From: Oscillibacter sp.
GTDB lineage: Bacteria; Bacillota; Clostridia; Oscillospirales; Oscillospiraceae
Reading direction: 5' to 3'
NCBI RefSeq assembly: GCF_032018205.1
Contig: NZ_DALZOY010000001.1
Location: forward strand, 72,618 to 136,617
DNA length: 64,000 nt
Shown: piece after piece, positions 27,939 to 35,559 of the stretch
How the letters are laid out: each line of letters begins with the position of its first letter
How positions within the stretch are numbered: the first letter of the stretch is position 1
Position numbers and translations under genes: made by a program
Notes under the pieces: generated by a model
The model's input: the letters and a program-made list of their open reading frames with translations, nothing else
Database searches by the model: none
What the model was told of the DNA's origin: nothing

Positions 27939-28121
27939 CTTGCTTGTCTCGCAACCCTCGTCCTGTCGGTGGAAAATACGAAGTATTTTCTTCCGACGCG
28001 CCCCGTCTCCCTATCCCGCGAAAGCGCTCTGCGCTTTCGCGGGAAGAGGAGGAGCAAGGGAATGAAGCGACGTTTTCGCCCCAAGGCGGAAACAGAGCGA
28101 AATGGACTTTGCTCCGACGAC

Positions 28122-29621
28122 TTACTGCAGCAGCTGCAGCACGCCCTGAGGAACCTGATTGGCCTGAGCCAGCATGGCCTGAGCGGACTGAACCAGAATG
28201 TTGTTCTTGGTGTAGTCCATCATTTCCTTGGCCACATCCACGTCGCGGACAGTGGACTCGGCGTCCTGGATATTCTCGGTCATGACGCCCAGGTTGTTGA
28301 TGGTGTGGTCCAGACGGTTCTGGAGAGCACCCAGCGTGCCACGGGTGGAAGAAACGCTGTTGATGGCGTTCTTCAGCTTGTCAATGGCGGCGGTAGCGCC
28401 CTCCTGCGTGGAGATATCAATGCCGTCAATGCCCAGCGCGGAAGCATGCATGTCGCCCACCGAGACAGACAACTGGTTGAACGACTCAGCAGTGTCGCCA
28501 ATCTGCAGGGTCAGACCGCTGCCGTTGGAGGTGACATTCAGAGTCGTAGCCGTAGAATCGTAGTTGACTGTGACATTCTTGATGCCGTTGTCTTCCAAGG
28601 CTTTTTGGAGATTGGCAGTCGTAGCGGCAGCATCTGAGCCAAGTTCAACGCCAATGGTTCCATCCGGAACATCGGCAGTATTTCCACCCGGAGCAACAAA
28701 GGAGAACGTCTTACCGCCAATGGAAACACTGTCTCCACCAGCCAGAGCCGCACCGAGGGCAATGGATTTACCAGCACCGGTGCCAGCAACCGCGCCATCG
28801 GCGGCCGCAGGGGCAGCCAGAGCGTCGGCGTCGCTGTCGCTGGTGGCAAGGCCAGTGACCTGAGGAGCATTAGCACCCTTGGTCTTGCTGGTCAGAACCA
28901 ATTTCTGACCGTCGTTGGAAACATCGAACATGCCGGAGAGGGTGGAGTCCTTGGAAATGGCCTCGCGGATGTTCTTAAGGGTACCGGCGGCGTCTGCGCC
29001 GGTCTCATACGTCACCTTTGCATTCTTGGAGGTTCCATCGGTGTCCGTATAGGTAACAGTAAATTCAAAGGACTTTGCTGATGTGCCTGCACCAACTGCT
29101 CCGCTCGTGAAGCTGGAAGCGGTAGCTGCAATATCTGTGGTAGCATCGGCCAGAGCTGCGCCGTCGATAACAGCCTTACCAACGGATACATCGCTTCCCA
29201 GAGAGCCGTCCAGCAGCTTGATGCCGTTGAAGTTGGAGCTGTCGGCGATACGGTCGATTTCAGAGGTGAGCTGGGAAACTTCCTTCTGGAGGTTCGCCCG
29301 GTCAGTCTCGTTATCATAGGTGCCGTTGGCGGACTGGTCAGCCAGAGTCACCATGCGGTTGAGCATGTCGTGAACTTCGGTCAGCGCGCCTTCAGCGGTC
29401 TGCACCAGGTTGATGCCGCTCTTGGCGTTGGAAGAGGCCTGCTCCAGACCGGAGATCTGCGCCCGCATCTTCTCGGAAATGGCAAGACCGGCGGCGTCGT
29501 CGCCTGCGCGGTTGATCCGATAGCCGGAAGACAGCTTCTCAAGGTTCTTGCTCAGAGCGGAAGTGTTGCTGGAATAGTTGCGATAAGAGTTCATCGCCAT
29601 GATATTGTGTTGGATACGCAT
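28122..29621 (-). CDS. fliC: Flagellin
   Basis: ORF 28122..29636. The ATG at 29621 sits behind a GGAGGT RBS (29629-29634). N terminus [59 protein letters not shown] and C terminus ...[34 protein letters not shown] are canonical flagellin termini. Confidence 0.95.
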   Translation of the reverse strand: MRIQHNIMAMNSYRNYSSNTSALSKNLEKLSSGYRINRAGDDAAGLAISEKMRAQISGLEQASSNAKSGINLVQTAEGALTEVHDMLNRMVTLADQSANGTYDNETDRANLQKEVSQLTSEIDRIADSSNFNGIKLLDGSLGSDVSVGKAVIDGAALADATTDIAATASSFTSGAVGAGTSAKSFEFTVTYTDTDGTSKNAKVTYETGADAAGTLKNIREAISKDSTLSGMFDVSNDGQKLVLTSKTKGANAPQVTGLATSDSDADALAAPAAADGAVAGTGAGKSIALGAALAGGDSVSIGGKTFSFVAPGGNTADVPDGTIGVELGSDAAATTANLQKALEDNGIKNVTVNYDSTATTLNVTSNGSGLTLQIGDTAESFNQLSVSVGDMHASALGIDGIDISTQEGATAAIDKLKNAINSVSSTRGTLGALQNRLDHTINNLGVMTENIQDAESTVRDVDVAKEMMDYTKNNILVQSAQAMLAQANQVPQGVLQLLQ

Positions 29622-29668
29622 AATTGTTACCTCCATGTATTTTAGGGGCGGGAATCCTTTCCCTGCCC
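29622..29668 (-). promoter_or_regulatory. Flagellin 5' leader with two GGA motifs (hairpin loop + Shine-Dalgarno), a CsrA-site-like arrangement
   Basis: The minus-strand RNA reads GGGCAGGGA-AAGGAU-UCCCGCCC (29645-29668) and folds as a hairpin with AAGGAU in the loop. The SD region CAUGGAGGUAAC lies 10-20 nt downstream. Both were read directly. The functional assignment is inference. Confidence 0.4.
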
Positions 29669-29751
29669 TTTTTTATAGGCGGCGCTTCCGGCTTCAGAGG
29701 CCTCATGAAACCTTTGGCGGCCGCACAGGGGATTTTACCCTTGTATCCCAT

Positions 29752-29780
29752 ATATCGTCCGCTTTTTCCAAAACATAAGG
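29752..29780 (-). promoter_or_regulatory. Weak sigma-28-like promoter candidate for flagellin
   Basis: The minus strand reads CTTAT-N15/16-GACGATAT. The -10 element matches GCCGATAT at 7 of 8 positions. The -35 element matches TAAA poorly. Confidence 0.3.
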
Positions 29781-29904
29781 GGCTTTTCAGAAAATTTTCT
29801 GATTTCGCCCAATTCCGCATTTCGCACCGCCTAAGAACCCTCCGCATACGATATCAGGACGGGAGCGCGAAAGGCGCGCCCGGTAGGTAAAGGAGGATTC
29901 TGCC

Positions 29905-30663
29905 ATGACGATCGCTCTTGAGCACGTGGCGCTGACCTATCAAGCAATCGACGGAGAAATTGAGGCGCTGCGGGATGTGTCGTTTGAGCTGGAGGAGGGA
30001 GAATTTCTGGGTCTCGTCGGCCCCTCCGGGTGCGGCAAATCCACGCTGCTGAGCCTGATCGGCGGTCTGGAACCGCCTACCTCCGGAAGAATTTTAATAG
30101 ACGGGAAATCCGTTGTCGCCCCCTCGGAACAGGTGGGGCTAATGCCCCAGCGGGACCAACTTTTCGAGTGGCGCACCGTGTGGGGCAACGTGACGCTGGG
30201 ACTGGAGCTGCGGGGCGAACGAGACCCGGAGCAATATGAACGCGTCCGGGGACTTTTGGAGCAGTATGGACTGGGGGCGTTTATCAACAAGCGGCCCTCC
30301 CAGCTTTCCGGGGGAATGCGCCAGCGCTGTGCCCTAATTCGCACCATGGCCGCAGGGCCAAAAATGCTTCTGCTGGACGAACCTTTTTCCGCGCTGGATT
30401 ATCAGACGCGGCTGTCCGTCTCCGCAGACATTCACGACATTATCCGGCAGGAGGGGAAAACCGCCCTTCTGGTTACACACGACATATCCGAGGCCATCAG
30501 TCTTTCCGACCGGGTGGTGGTTTTGAGCCGCCGCCCCGCCGTGGTGAAGTCCGTTCACGATCTGGGGGCGCTGCGGAATTTAAAGCCCATGGAACGGCGG
30601 GACGCGCCGGAGTTTCGCGGGTTTTTCAACGCCATCTGGAAGGAGTTGGATTTTAATGCCTGA
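29905..30663 (+). CDS. ABC transporter ATP-binding protein (NitT/TauT nitrate/sulfonate/taurine-type)
   Basis: Walker A GPSGCGKST, signature LSGGMRQR, Walker B LLLDEPFSALD and H-loop VTHD. Confidence 0.9.
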   Translation: MTIALEHVALTYQAIDGEIEALRDVSFELEEGEFLGLVGPSGCGKSTLLSLIGGLEPPTSGRILIDGKSVVAPSEQVGLMPQRDQLFEWRTVWGNVTLGLELRGERDPEQYERVRGLLEQYGLGAFINKRPSQLSGGMRQRCALIRTMAAGPKMLLLDEPFSALDYQTRLSVSADIHDIIRQEGKTALLVTHDISEAISLSDRVVVLSRRPAVVKSVHDLGALRNLKPMERRDAPEFRGFFNAIWKELDFNA

Positions 30664-31471
30664 TTTAACTCTCTCTCCCCGGCGGCTGGCATGGCTGCGC
30701 TGCCAAAAGCGCCAGCGGTCCGCCGTGCGTGTGGTGCAGATTTTTTTGCTGCTGTTCTTCCTGATTCTATGGGAAGTCTCCGCCCGGTTGGGGTGGATTG
30801 ACGCGTTTATTTTCAGCTCTCCGTTCCGCGTGGCAAAAACAGTGTCCGTGCTGTATCAAAGCGGGGACCTGTGGGTACATCTGTGGACCTCGTGCGCGGA
30901 AACGGCGGCGGGGTTTATTTTGGGGACCCTCACCGGTACGTTGGTTGCGGTACTTCTGTGGTGGAGCAATTTTCTCTCCCGCGTGTTGGAGCCGTATCTG
31001 GTGGTGCTCAACGCCCTGCCCAAAACGGCGCTGGGGCCGATTTTCATTGTCTGGATCGGCGCGGGAACCTCCAGTATCATCGCCATGACCCTTGCAATCT
31101 CCTTGATTGTCACCATTCTCAACATGCTGGCGGGTTTTATCTCCACCGACGGAGAAAAGCTTCGGCTCTTGAAGTCCATGGGGGCGAGCCGGGGGCAGAT
31201 TTTACGAAAGCTGGTGCTGCCCTCCAATCTCCCTACGTTGTTCAACACCCTGCGGGTCAATGTGGGCCTTTCGTGGGTGGGCGTTGTGATGGGCGAATTT
31301 TTGGTTTCCAAAGCCGGGCTTGGGTACCTGATTGTGTACGGCTCCCAAGTGTTTAACATGGATTTGGTAATGGCCTCTGTGCTGGTCCTGGCGGCGGCGG
31401 CGGTGGTGATGTACCGAATCGTGCTGTGGCTGGAAAAATTTTTAAAGAAACGTTTAGGAGTGATCGCATGA
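30656..31471 (+). CDS. ABC transporter permease (NitT/TauT-type)
   Basis: Polytopic protein with a BPD-transporter-like region (LNALPKTALGPIFIVWIG...). Overlaps the ATPase stop. Confidence 0.85.
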   Translation: MPDLTLSPRRLAWLRCQKRQRSAVRVVQIFLLLFFLILWEVSARLGWIDAFIFSSPFRVAKTVSVLYQSGDLWVHLWTSCAETAAGFILGTLTGTLVAVLLWWSNFLSRVLEPYLVVLNALPKTALGPIFIVWIGAGTSSIIAMTLAISLIVTILNMLAGFISTDGEKLRLLKSMGASRGQILRKLVLPSNLPTLFNTLRVNVGLSWVGVVMGEFLVSKAGLGYLIVYGSQVFNMDLVMASVLVLAAAAVVMYRIVLWLEKFLKKRLGVIA

Positions 31472-32460
31472 AAAAACTGTTTGCCCTGCTCTGCGCCGTG
31501 GCCATCACGGCGTCCCTGTGCGCCTGCGGAAAAACCGAAACGCAGGAAACCGTTACCGTACAACTGAATGAAGTAACCCATTCCGTGTTCTACGCGCCCC
31601 AGTATGCCGCCCTGAAGCTGGGCTTTTTTGCCGACGAAGGGCTGGATGTGGAGTTGACCAACGGCGGCGGGGCCGACAAGGTGATGACCGCCGTTCTGTC
31701 GGGACAGAGTGACATCGGCCTAGCCGGGCCGGAGGCCTGTGTTTACGTATACAATCAGGGAAAAACTGATTATCCCAAAGTCTTTGCCCAGTTGACAAAG
31801 CGGGACGGCTCTTTCTTGGTGGGACGGGAAAACGTTCCCTTTAACTGGGCCGACTTGAAGGGAAAAACTATTATCGGCGGACGCGCCGGAGGAATGCCGG
31901 AAATGACCCTTGAATACGTCATGCGGCAAAACGGGGTGATTCCCCATGTGGACGCGGTGGTAGATACCTCTGTGCAGTTCAACATGATGGCGGGTGCTTT
32001 TACAGGCGGAAACGGAGATTATGTCACATTGTTTGAGCCTACCGCCACAGAGGTGGAGGCCGCCGGGAAGGGCGTAATTCTCACTTCCATTGGTCAGGAA
32101 AGCGGAGAAATTCCCTACACTGCATATTTCGCCTCTCAGGGGTACATGGAGAAAAATCCCGACGTGATTCAGCGGTTTACCAACGCCGTTGCCAGGGGGC
32201 AGACATGGGTGCAGGAGCATTCCGCCGCCGAGATTGCCGAGGCCATTGCCGATCAGTTCCCCGACACAGGCGTGGAAGTGCTGACAAAAGTGGCCCAGCG
32301 CTATAAGGACATCGATGCATGGAACGCCACCCCCGTGATGGAAAAGTCCGCGCTGGAGCGGCTGGAGCTGGTGATGGAAACCGCCGGTGAGCTGGCCCGC
32401 GAGGATTGGGTGAATTTCGACGAGCTGGTGGACAACAGCTTTGCTCTGGCGGTAAAATAA
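31468..32460 (+). CDS. ABC transporter substrate-binding lipoprotein (NMT1/THI5/SsuA-like)
   Basis: ORF 31426..32460 with an ATG at 31468. Lipoprotein signal MKKLFALLCAVAITASLCAC. Body HSVFYAPQYAALKLGFFADEGLDVELT fits the NMT1/SsuA fold family. Substrate unknown. Confidence 0.8.
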   Translation: MKKLFALLCAVAITASLCACGKTETQETVTVQLNEVTHSVFYAPQYAALKLGFFADEGLDVELTNGGGADKVMTAVLSGQSDIGLAGPEACVYVYNQGKTDYPKVFAQLTKRDGSFLVGRENVPFNWADLKGKTIIGGRAGGMPEMTLEYVMRQNGVIPHVDAVVDTSVQFNMMAGAFTGGNGDYVTLFEPTATEVEAAGKGVILTSIGQESGEIPYTAYFASQGYMEKNPDVIQRFTNAVARGQTWVQEHSAAEIAEAIADQFPDTGVEVLTKVAQRYKDIDAWNATPVMEKSALERLELVMETAGELAREDWVNFDELVDNSFALAVK

Positions 32461-32478
32461 AAACGTTATCGCGCAAAA

Positions 32479-32517
32479 ATGCCCGGAAGGCTATTGGCCT
32501 TCCGGGCATATATTTTC
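32479..32517 (+). terminator. Terminator after the ABC operon
   Basis: ATGCCCGGAAGGC / GCCTTCCGGGCAT form a 13-bp stem with loop TATTG, followed by ATATTTT. Confidence 0.6.
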
Positions 32518-32547
32518 AAGATTTTTTATCCCCCGTCTGTCCCATTT

Positions 32548-32752
32548 GCGGAAACCCCGGTTTCCGCGAAGGCGCAGGCGCAACGCAGCGGTGTGAGGTT
32601 TCGGCGCAGCCGGAAGCGAGCATAGCGCAGTTTGCGACACTACGCGTCTCCCGTCCTCCTCGCGGAAACCCCGGTTTCCGCGAAGGCGCAGGCGCAACGC
32701 AGCGGTGTGAGGTTTCGGCGCAGCCGGAAGCGAGCATAGCGCAGTTTGCGAC
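32548..32752. repeat. Two perfect 91-bp direct repeats (32548-32638 and 32662-32752) separated by 23 bp
   Basis: The two copies are identical base for base on reading. Each begins with the palindrome GCGGAAACC-CC-GGTTTCCGC and contains GCGCAG three times. The last base of copy 2 overlaps the stop codon of the minus-strand GNAT gene. Confidence 0.95.
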
Positions 32753-33267
32753 TAAGCCAGCCGCTGGTTCAAAAATTCCTCCCGGTTGAGAAGGAAGTGG
32801 ACATAGCCGCAGCCTTGGGAGACACGCTGCATTCCCACCTTTTCAAAGGCCCGAAGAGAACGCAGATTGTCCGCGTGCACGTTGGCGGCAACGGTGTTGG
32901 CCCGCCGTTGAAAAAATGCGGTTTCCAGACACCGGATAATGGCCTGCGTACCGTATCCGTTGCCCCAGAGGGTCTGCCGCCCGATGGCCACCACCAGCTC
33001 ATAAGCGTCGTTCTTCTTCAGCTCCGCCAGACGGACGAAGCCGATGGGTTCCGGGTCCTCTTCCCGGCAGACAAAGAAAAACCGGCCCTGCCGGTTGAGC
33101 TGGCAGGTGAGAAACACCGGGTCGGGCGTCTCCCGCAGACGGGAGGTGATGCTCCGGTCTTCATTCAGATAGCGTGTGACGGCGGGATTTTCCAGCCAGC
33201 TAATCAGCCGGTCGGTGCGGGGTTGGTTGATGTCAGGATGCAAAAAAACAGAAGGAGCTCTCTCCAT
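32752..33267 (-). CDS. GNAT family N-acetyltransferase
   Basis: ORF 32752..33408 with the likely ATG at 33267 behind a GAGGT RBS. Acetyl-CoA-binding-type core VVAIGRQTLWGNGYGTQAIIRCLETAFFQ...ANVHADNLRSLRAFEKVG. Confidence 0.8.
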   Translation of the reverse strand: MERAPSVFLHPDINQPRTDRLISWLENPAVTRYLNEDRSITSRLRETPDPVFLTCQLNRQGRFFFVCREEDPEPIGFVRLAELKKNDAYELVVAIGRQTLWGNGYGTQAIIRCLETAFFQRRANTVAANVHADNLRSLRAFEKVGMQRVSQGCGYVHFLLNREEFLNQRLA

Positions 33268-33423
33268 ATCACTTACCTCACAGTAAAAAATACTCAAAAG
33301 CCCTTCCTTGCAATGCAACGACGGTTCTTTATTATTCAGTTCCCGCGGCATTTTGATTTGCGGTTGAGTCCAGTATATCACAGGCGGTTTGGAAAAGCAA
33401 GCCCACAAACCCTTGGAACAGAA

Positions 33424-33456
33424 ACCGCCCGGAAAACCACTGGTTTTCCGGGCGGT
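33424..33456 (-). terminator. Strong hairpin ending the minus-strand operon 38416->33465
   Basis: ACCGCCCGGAAAACC / GGTTTTCCGGGCGGT form a 15-bp perfect stem with a 3-nt loop. The minus strand continues TTCTGTTCC. Confidence 0.6.
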
Positions 33457-33464
33457 GCTTCCTA

Positions 33465-34271
33465 TTAAAGGGGAAGAGCGCGCACCGCTCCGTCCTCCAG
33501 CAGGTAGAGATGCGTCTTGTCGCCGGAGAGGAGATAGGTGCCCGCGATTACGTTTGCCTGCCCCGCTTCACGCGGGAGATAAACCTGAAGCTTCAGGCAC
33601 AGGATGCCGTCCACCAGCACCGCGCCGTCCATGGGGTACACGGAGTAGTCCCGCAGGCTTTCCGCCTCCAGACCCAGTTTGGCGGGGGAGAGGGATTTAA
33701 GAAAATCCACCGCTTCCACATAGGTCATCGGTTCCTTTTCCGTTTCCGCCTCGCTCACGGTCCCCTCCGGGCGAGTGAGGGTAATCTGGCAGTTTTCAGT
33801 GGTCCAGGAAATGTCCATCCGCAAAAGCCACCCGTCCTCGGACGCGGCCTTCGCCAGAGACACAAAACCCTCTTCGTCGGCGTAGTTGGGCGGGTCTGTC
33901 ACGGCGCCATTCTCATCCACAATCCGAAAGCCGCCATCCTCCGTCGTCAGCCGCTCCACATACTGGCGCACGCTCTCCCCGCCGGTTTCCAGCTTTTGAT
34001 AGGTGTAGTAATACGCCTCGACCGGAATGCTTCCGGCCCCAGAGGATGCGGCTGCGTCCGCCGTGTCCGGCGTTTCCATGTCCGTCAGCTCGCCGCTGTT
34101 TTCCCGGCCCAGTACGGAGCTGAGGGATTCCACTGTGTCTTCGCCCAGCGCATATTCTTCCGGCGGCTCCAGTGCCGCTGCGTTTCGAAAAATCAACTGA
34201 TAGACCGCTGTCCCCAAGCACACGGCGGCGGCCAGGGCCAGAGGAATCAAAACGCGCCTTTGTTTTAACAT
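33465..34271 (-). CDS. Hypothetical membrane-anchored/secreted protein
   Basis: ORF 33465..34364 with the likely ATG at 34271. N-terminal signal/anchor MLKQRRVLIPLALAAAVCLGTAVYQLIF followed by an acidic extracellular part. I recognise no family. Confidence 0.65.
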   Translation of the reverse strand: MLKQRRVLIPLALAAAVCLGTAVYQLIFRNAAALEPPEEYALGEDTVESLSSVLGRENSGELTDMETPDTADAAASSGAGSIPVEAYYYTYQKLETGGESVRQYVERLTTEDGGFRIVDENGAVTDPPNYADEEGFVSLAKAASEDGWLLRMDISWTTENCQITLTRPEGTVSEAETEKEPMTYVEAVDFLKSLSPAKLGLEAESLRDYSVYPMDGAVLVDGILCLKLQVYLPREAGQANVIAGTYLLSGDKTHLYLLEDGAVRALPL

Positions 34272-34321
34272 ATATTTGCCTCGCTTCTGTTTGTTCAAGA
34301 GGGGCTCACAGCTCCGCTCAT

Positions 34322-35533
34322 TTACGAATCGCTGCGGAAGGCCCAGTCCGTGTCTCTGATGCACTGCATGTAGATGTCCATTACCTCATAGGCATCCACG
34401 TCCAGCGCAGGCGGCTCCATCGGCGTTCTTTGCTCATAGGAAACGGCGTATTCCAGATACGTCTTTAAAGGGCCTGAGTCTTCACCCAGCAGGACCTTTT
34501 TGGTTTCCGCCGGGAGGTGAACCTCCCCCAGCAGGTCCGCCATGGACCGACCCAGAATGAGGTCCATCAGACTGAACATCCCCGTGAGAAAGCCGGAAGT
34601 TTTCTTACGACTGTGGGGCGAGTGCTCCATCAGCCGCTCCATGAAAATTCCGCGAAGATATGCCTCGCGCACCGTCTCGTCCGAGCAGGTGGTGTTGGAC
34701 TCCCGGGCCAGCAGCAGAACCACCCAGTGGTACAGTTCGTCAATCCCCAGATAGGTCACGGCCCGCTCAATCACTTCGAGAGAGTTGCCCCGATAGTATT
34801 GCAGCGTCCTCACTTTTTTCAGGAGGCGAAAGGTTAGCGCTGCGTCGGAGCGAATCATCTCCGAGCAGTAGCGCAAATCTACGTCGGTCCGGTTCAGCTC
34901 CCGCAAAAGGCGCGTATAGGTGGCGGAGTTAATATTCGCCGTCTCCTTGCGCAGATTCGTGGGCCGCTGAAAGAAAAACCCCTGAAACTTGCTGTAACCC
35001 TGACGCATAGCCCGCTCATAGGTTTCCCGGTCTTCTACTTTTTCAGCCAACAAAGCCATGCGACCACGACGATATTTTCGCGCAATTTCTTCCTGCTTTT
35101 CTTCACTGGTAGCCAAAAAGTCCACCTTCAGCACGTCAATCAGCGGAAGAATGGGGTCAAAGATCGGGTCGCCGGTGTAGTCGTCCAGCGCCAGACGATA
35201 ACCGCGGCTTTTCAGATCCTTCAAACGCCTGATCAGTTTGTCCGTCACGTGAATGCTCTCCAGCAGCTCTATCGTAATTTTCCGGGGGTCCGTCAGCAAC
35301 ACAAAGTCACTCATCACCAGCGACTCCGTAAAATTGACGTATGCACCCCGCCCATCGGTCAGATTGTTCAGACCAAAGGCCATCAATGCGTCGGACAGAA
35401 GGATGCGGGTGGCCCGGTCCCCATCCGCAAACGAGGCTCGGTCCTCTCCGTCGCCCGCCCGGTAAAGCAGCTCGTAGCCCTCTACCCGCAGATTGCGGTC
35501 GAAAATGGCCTGCCGGGCAATGTATCTCTGCAT
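34322..35533 (-). CDS. EAL domain (catalytic residues intact) + HDOD domain protein, putative c-di-GMP phosphodiesterase
   Basis: YIARQAIFD, GYELLYR, AYVNFT, ITIELLES, LALDDYTGD, LKVD, AEKVE and FQGFFF match EAL catalytic positions in order. The C-terminal half is HDOD-like (MIRSDAALTFRLLKKVRTLQYYRGNSLEVIERAVTYLGIDELYHWV). Confidence 0.85.
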   Translation of the reverse strand: MQRYIARQAIFDRNLRVEGYELLYRAGDGEDRASFADGDRATRILLSDALMAFGLNNLTDGRGAYVNFTESLVMSDFVLLTDPRKITIELLESIHVTDKLIRRLKDLKSRGYRLALDDYTGDPIFDPILPLIDVLKVDFLATSEEKQEEIARKYRRGRMALLAEKVEDRETYERAMRQGYSKFQGFFFQRPTNLRKETANINSATYTRLLRELNRTDVDLRYCSEMIRSDAALTFRLLKKVRTLQYYRGNSLEVIERAVTYLGIDELYHWVVLLLARESNTTCSDETVREAYLRGIFMERLMEHSPHSRKKTSGFLTGMFSLMDLILGRSMADLLGEVHLPAETKKVLLGEDSGPLKTYLEYAVSYEQRTPMEPPALDVDAYEVMDIYMQCIRDTDWAFRSDS

Positions 35534-35559
35534 AGCCCAATCCTCCGTTTCACCGCGCT

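Noticed and set aside
27803-28637. ORFs 27803..28285(+), 27873..28637(+) and 27848..28084(-) in and around the flagellin 3' region.
   Set aside because: They run through terminator hairpins and antisense to flagellin. They are Arg-rich or of low complexity and have no RBS.
29725-29745. An alternative sigma-28 promoter for flagellin (TAAA-N15-GCCAAAGG on the minus strand).
   Set aside because: The -10 element matches GCCGATAT at only 4 of 8 positions. The 29752-29780 candidate is better, though still weak.
29669-29904. A TPP, HMP or other riboswitch upstream of the NMT1/THI5-like ABC importer.
   Set aside because: The TPP core elements (CUGAGA and ACCUGAUCUGGAUAAUGCCAGCG-like) are absent. 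Only generic GC hairpins are present.
32548-32752. The repeat pair as a CRISPR array.
   Set aside because: There are only two copies, each 91 bp, separated by a 23-bp spacer. This does not fit CRISPR repeat/spacer geometry, and no cas genes are in the window.
32406-32789. ORFs crossing the 91-bp repeats (32406..32789 +, 32491..32697 -, 32516..32737 -).
   Set aside because: Their internal peptide repeats simply mirror the DNA repeat. They have no RBS and no plausible fold, and one runs through a terminator hairpin.
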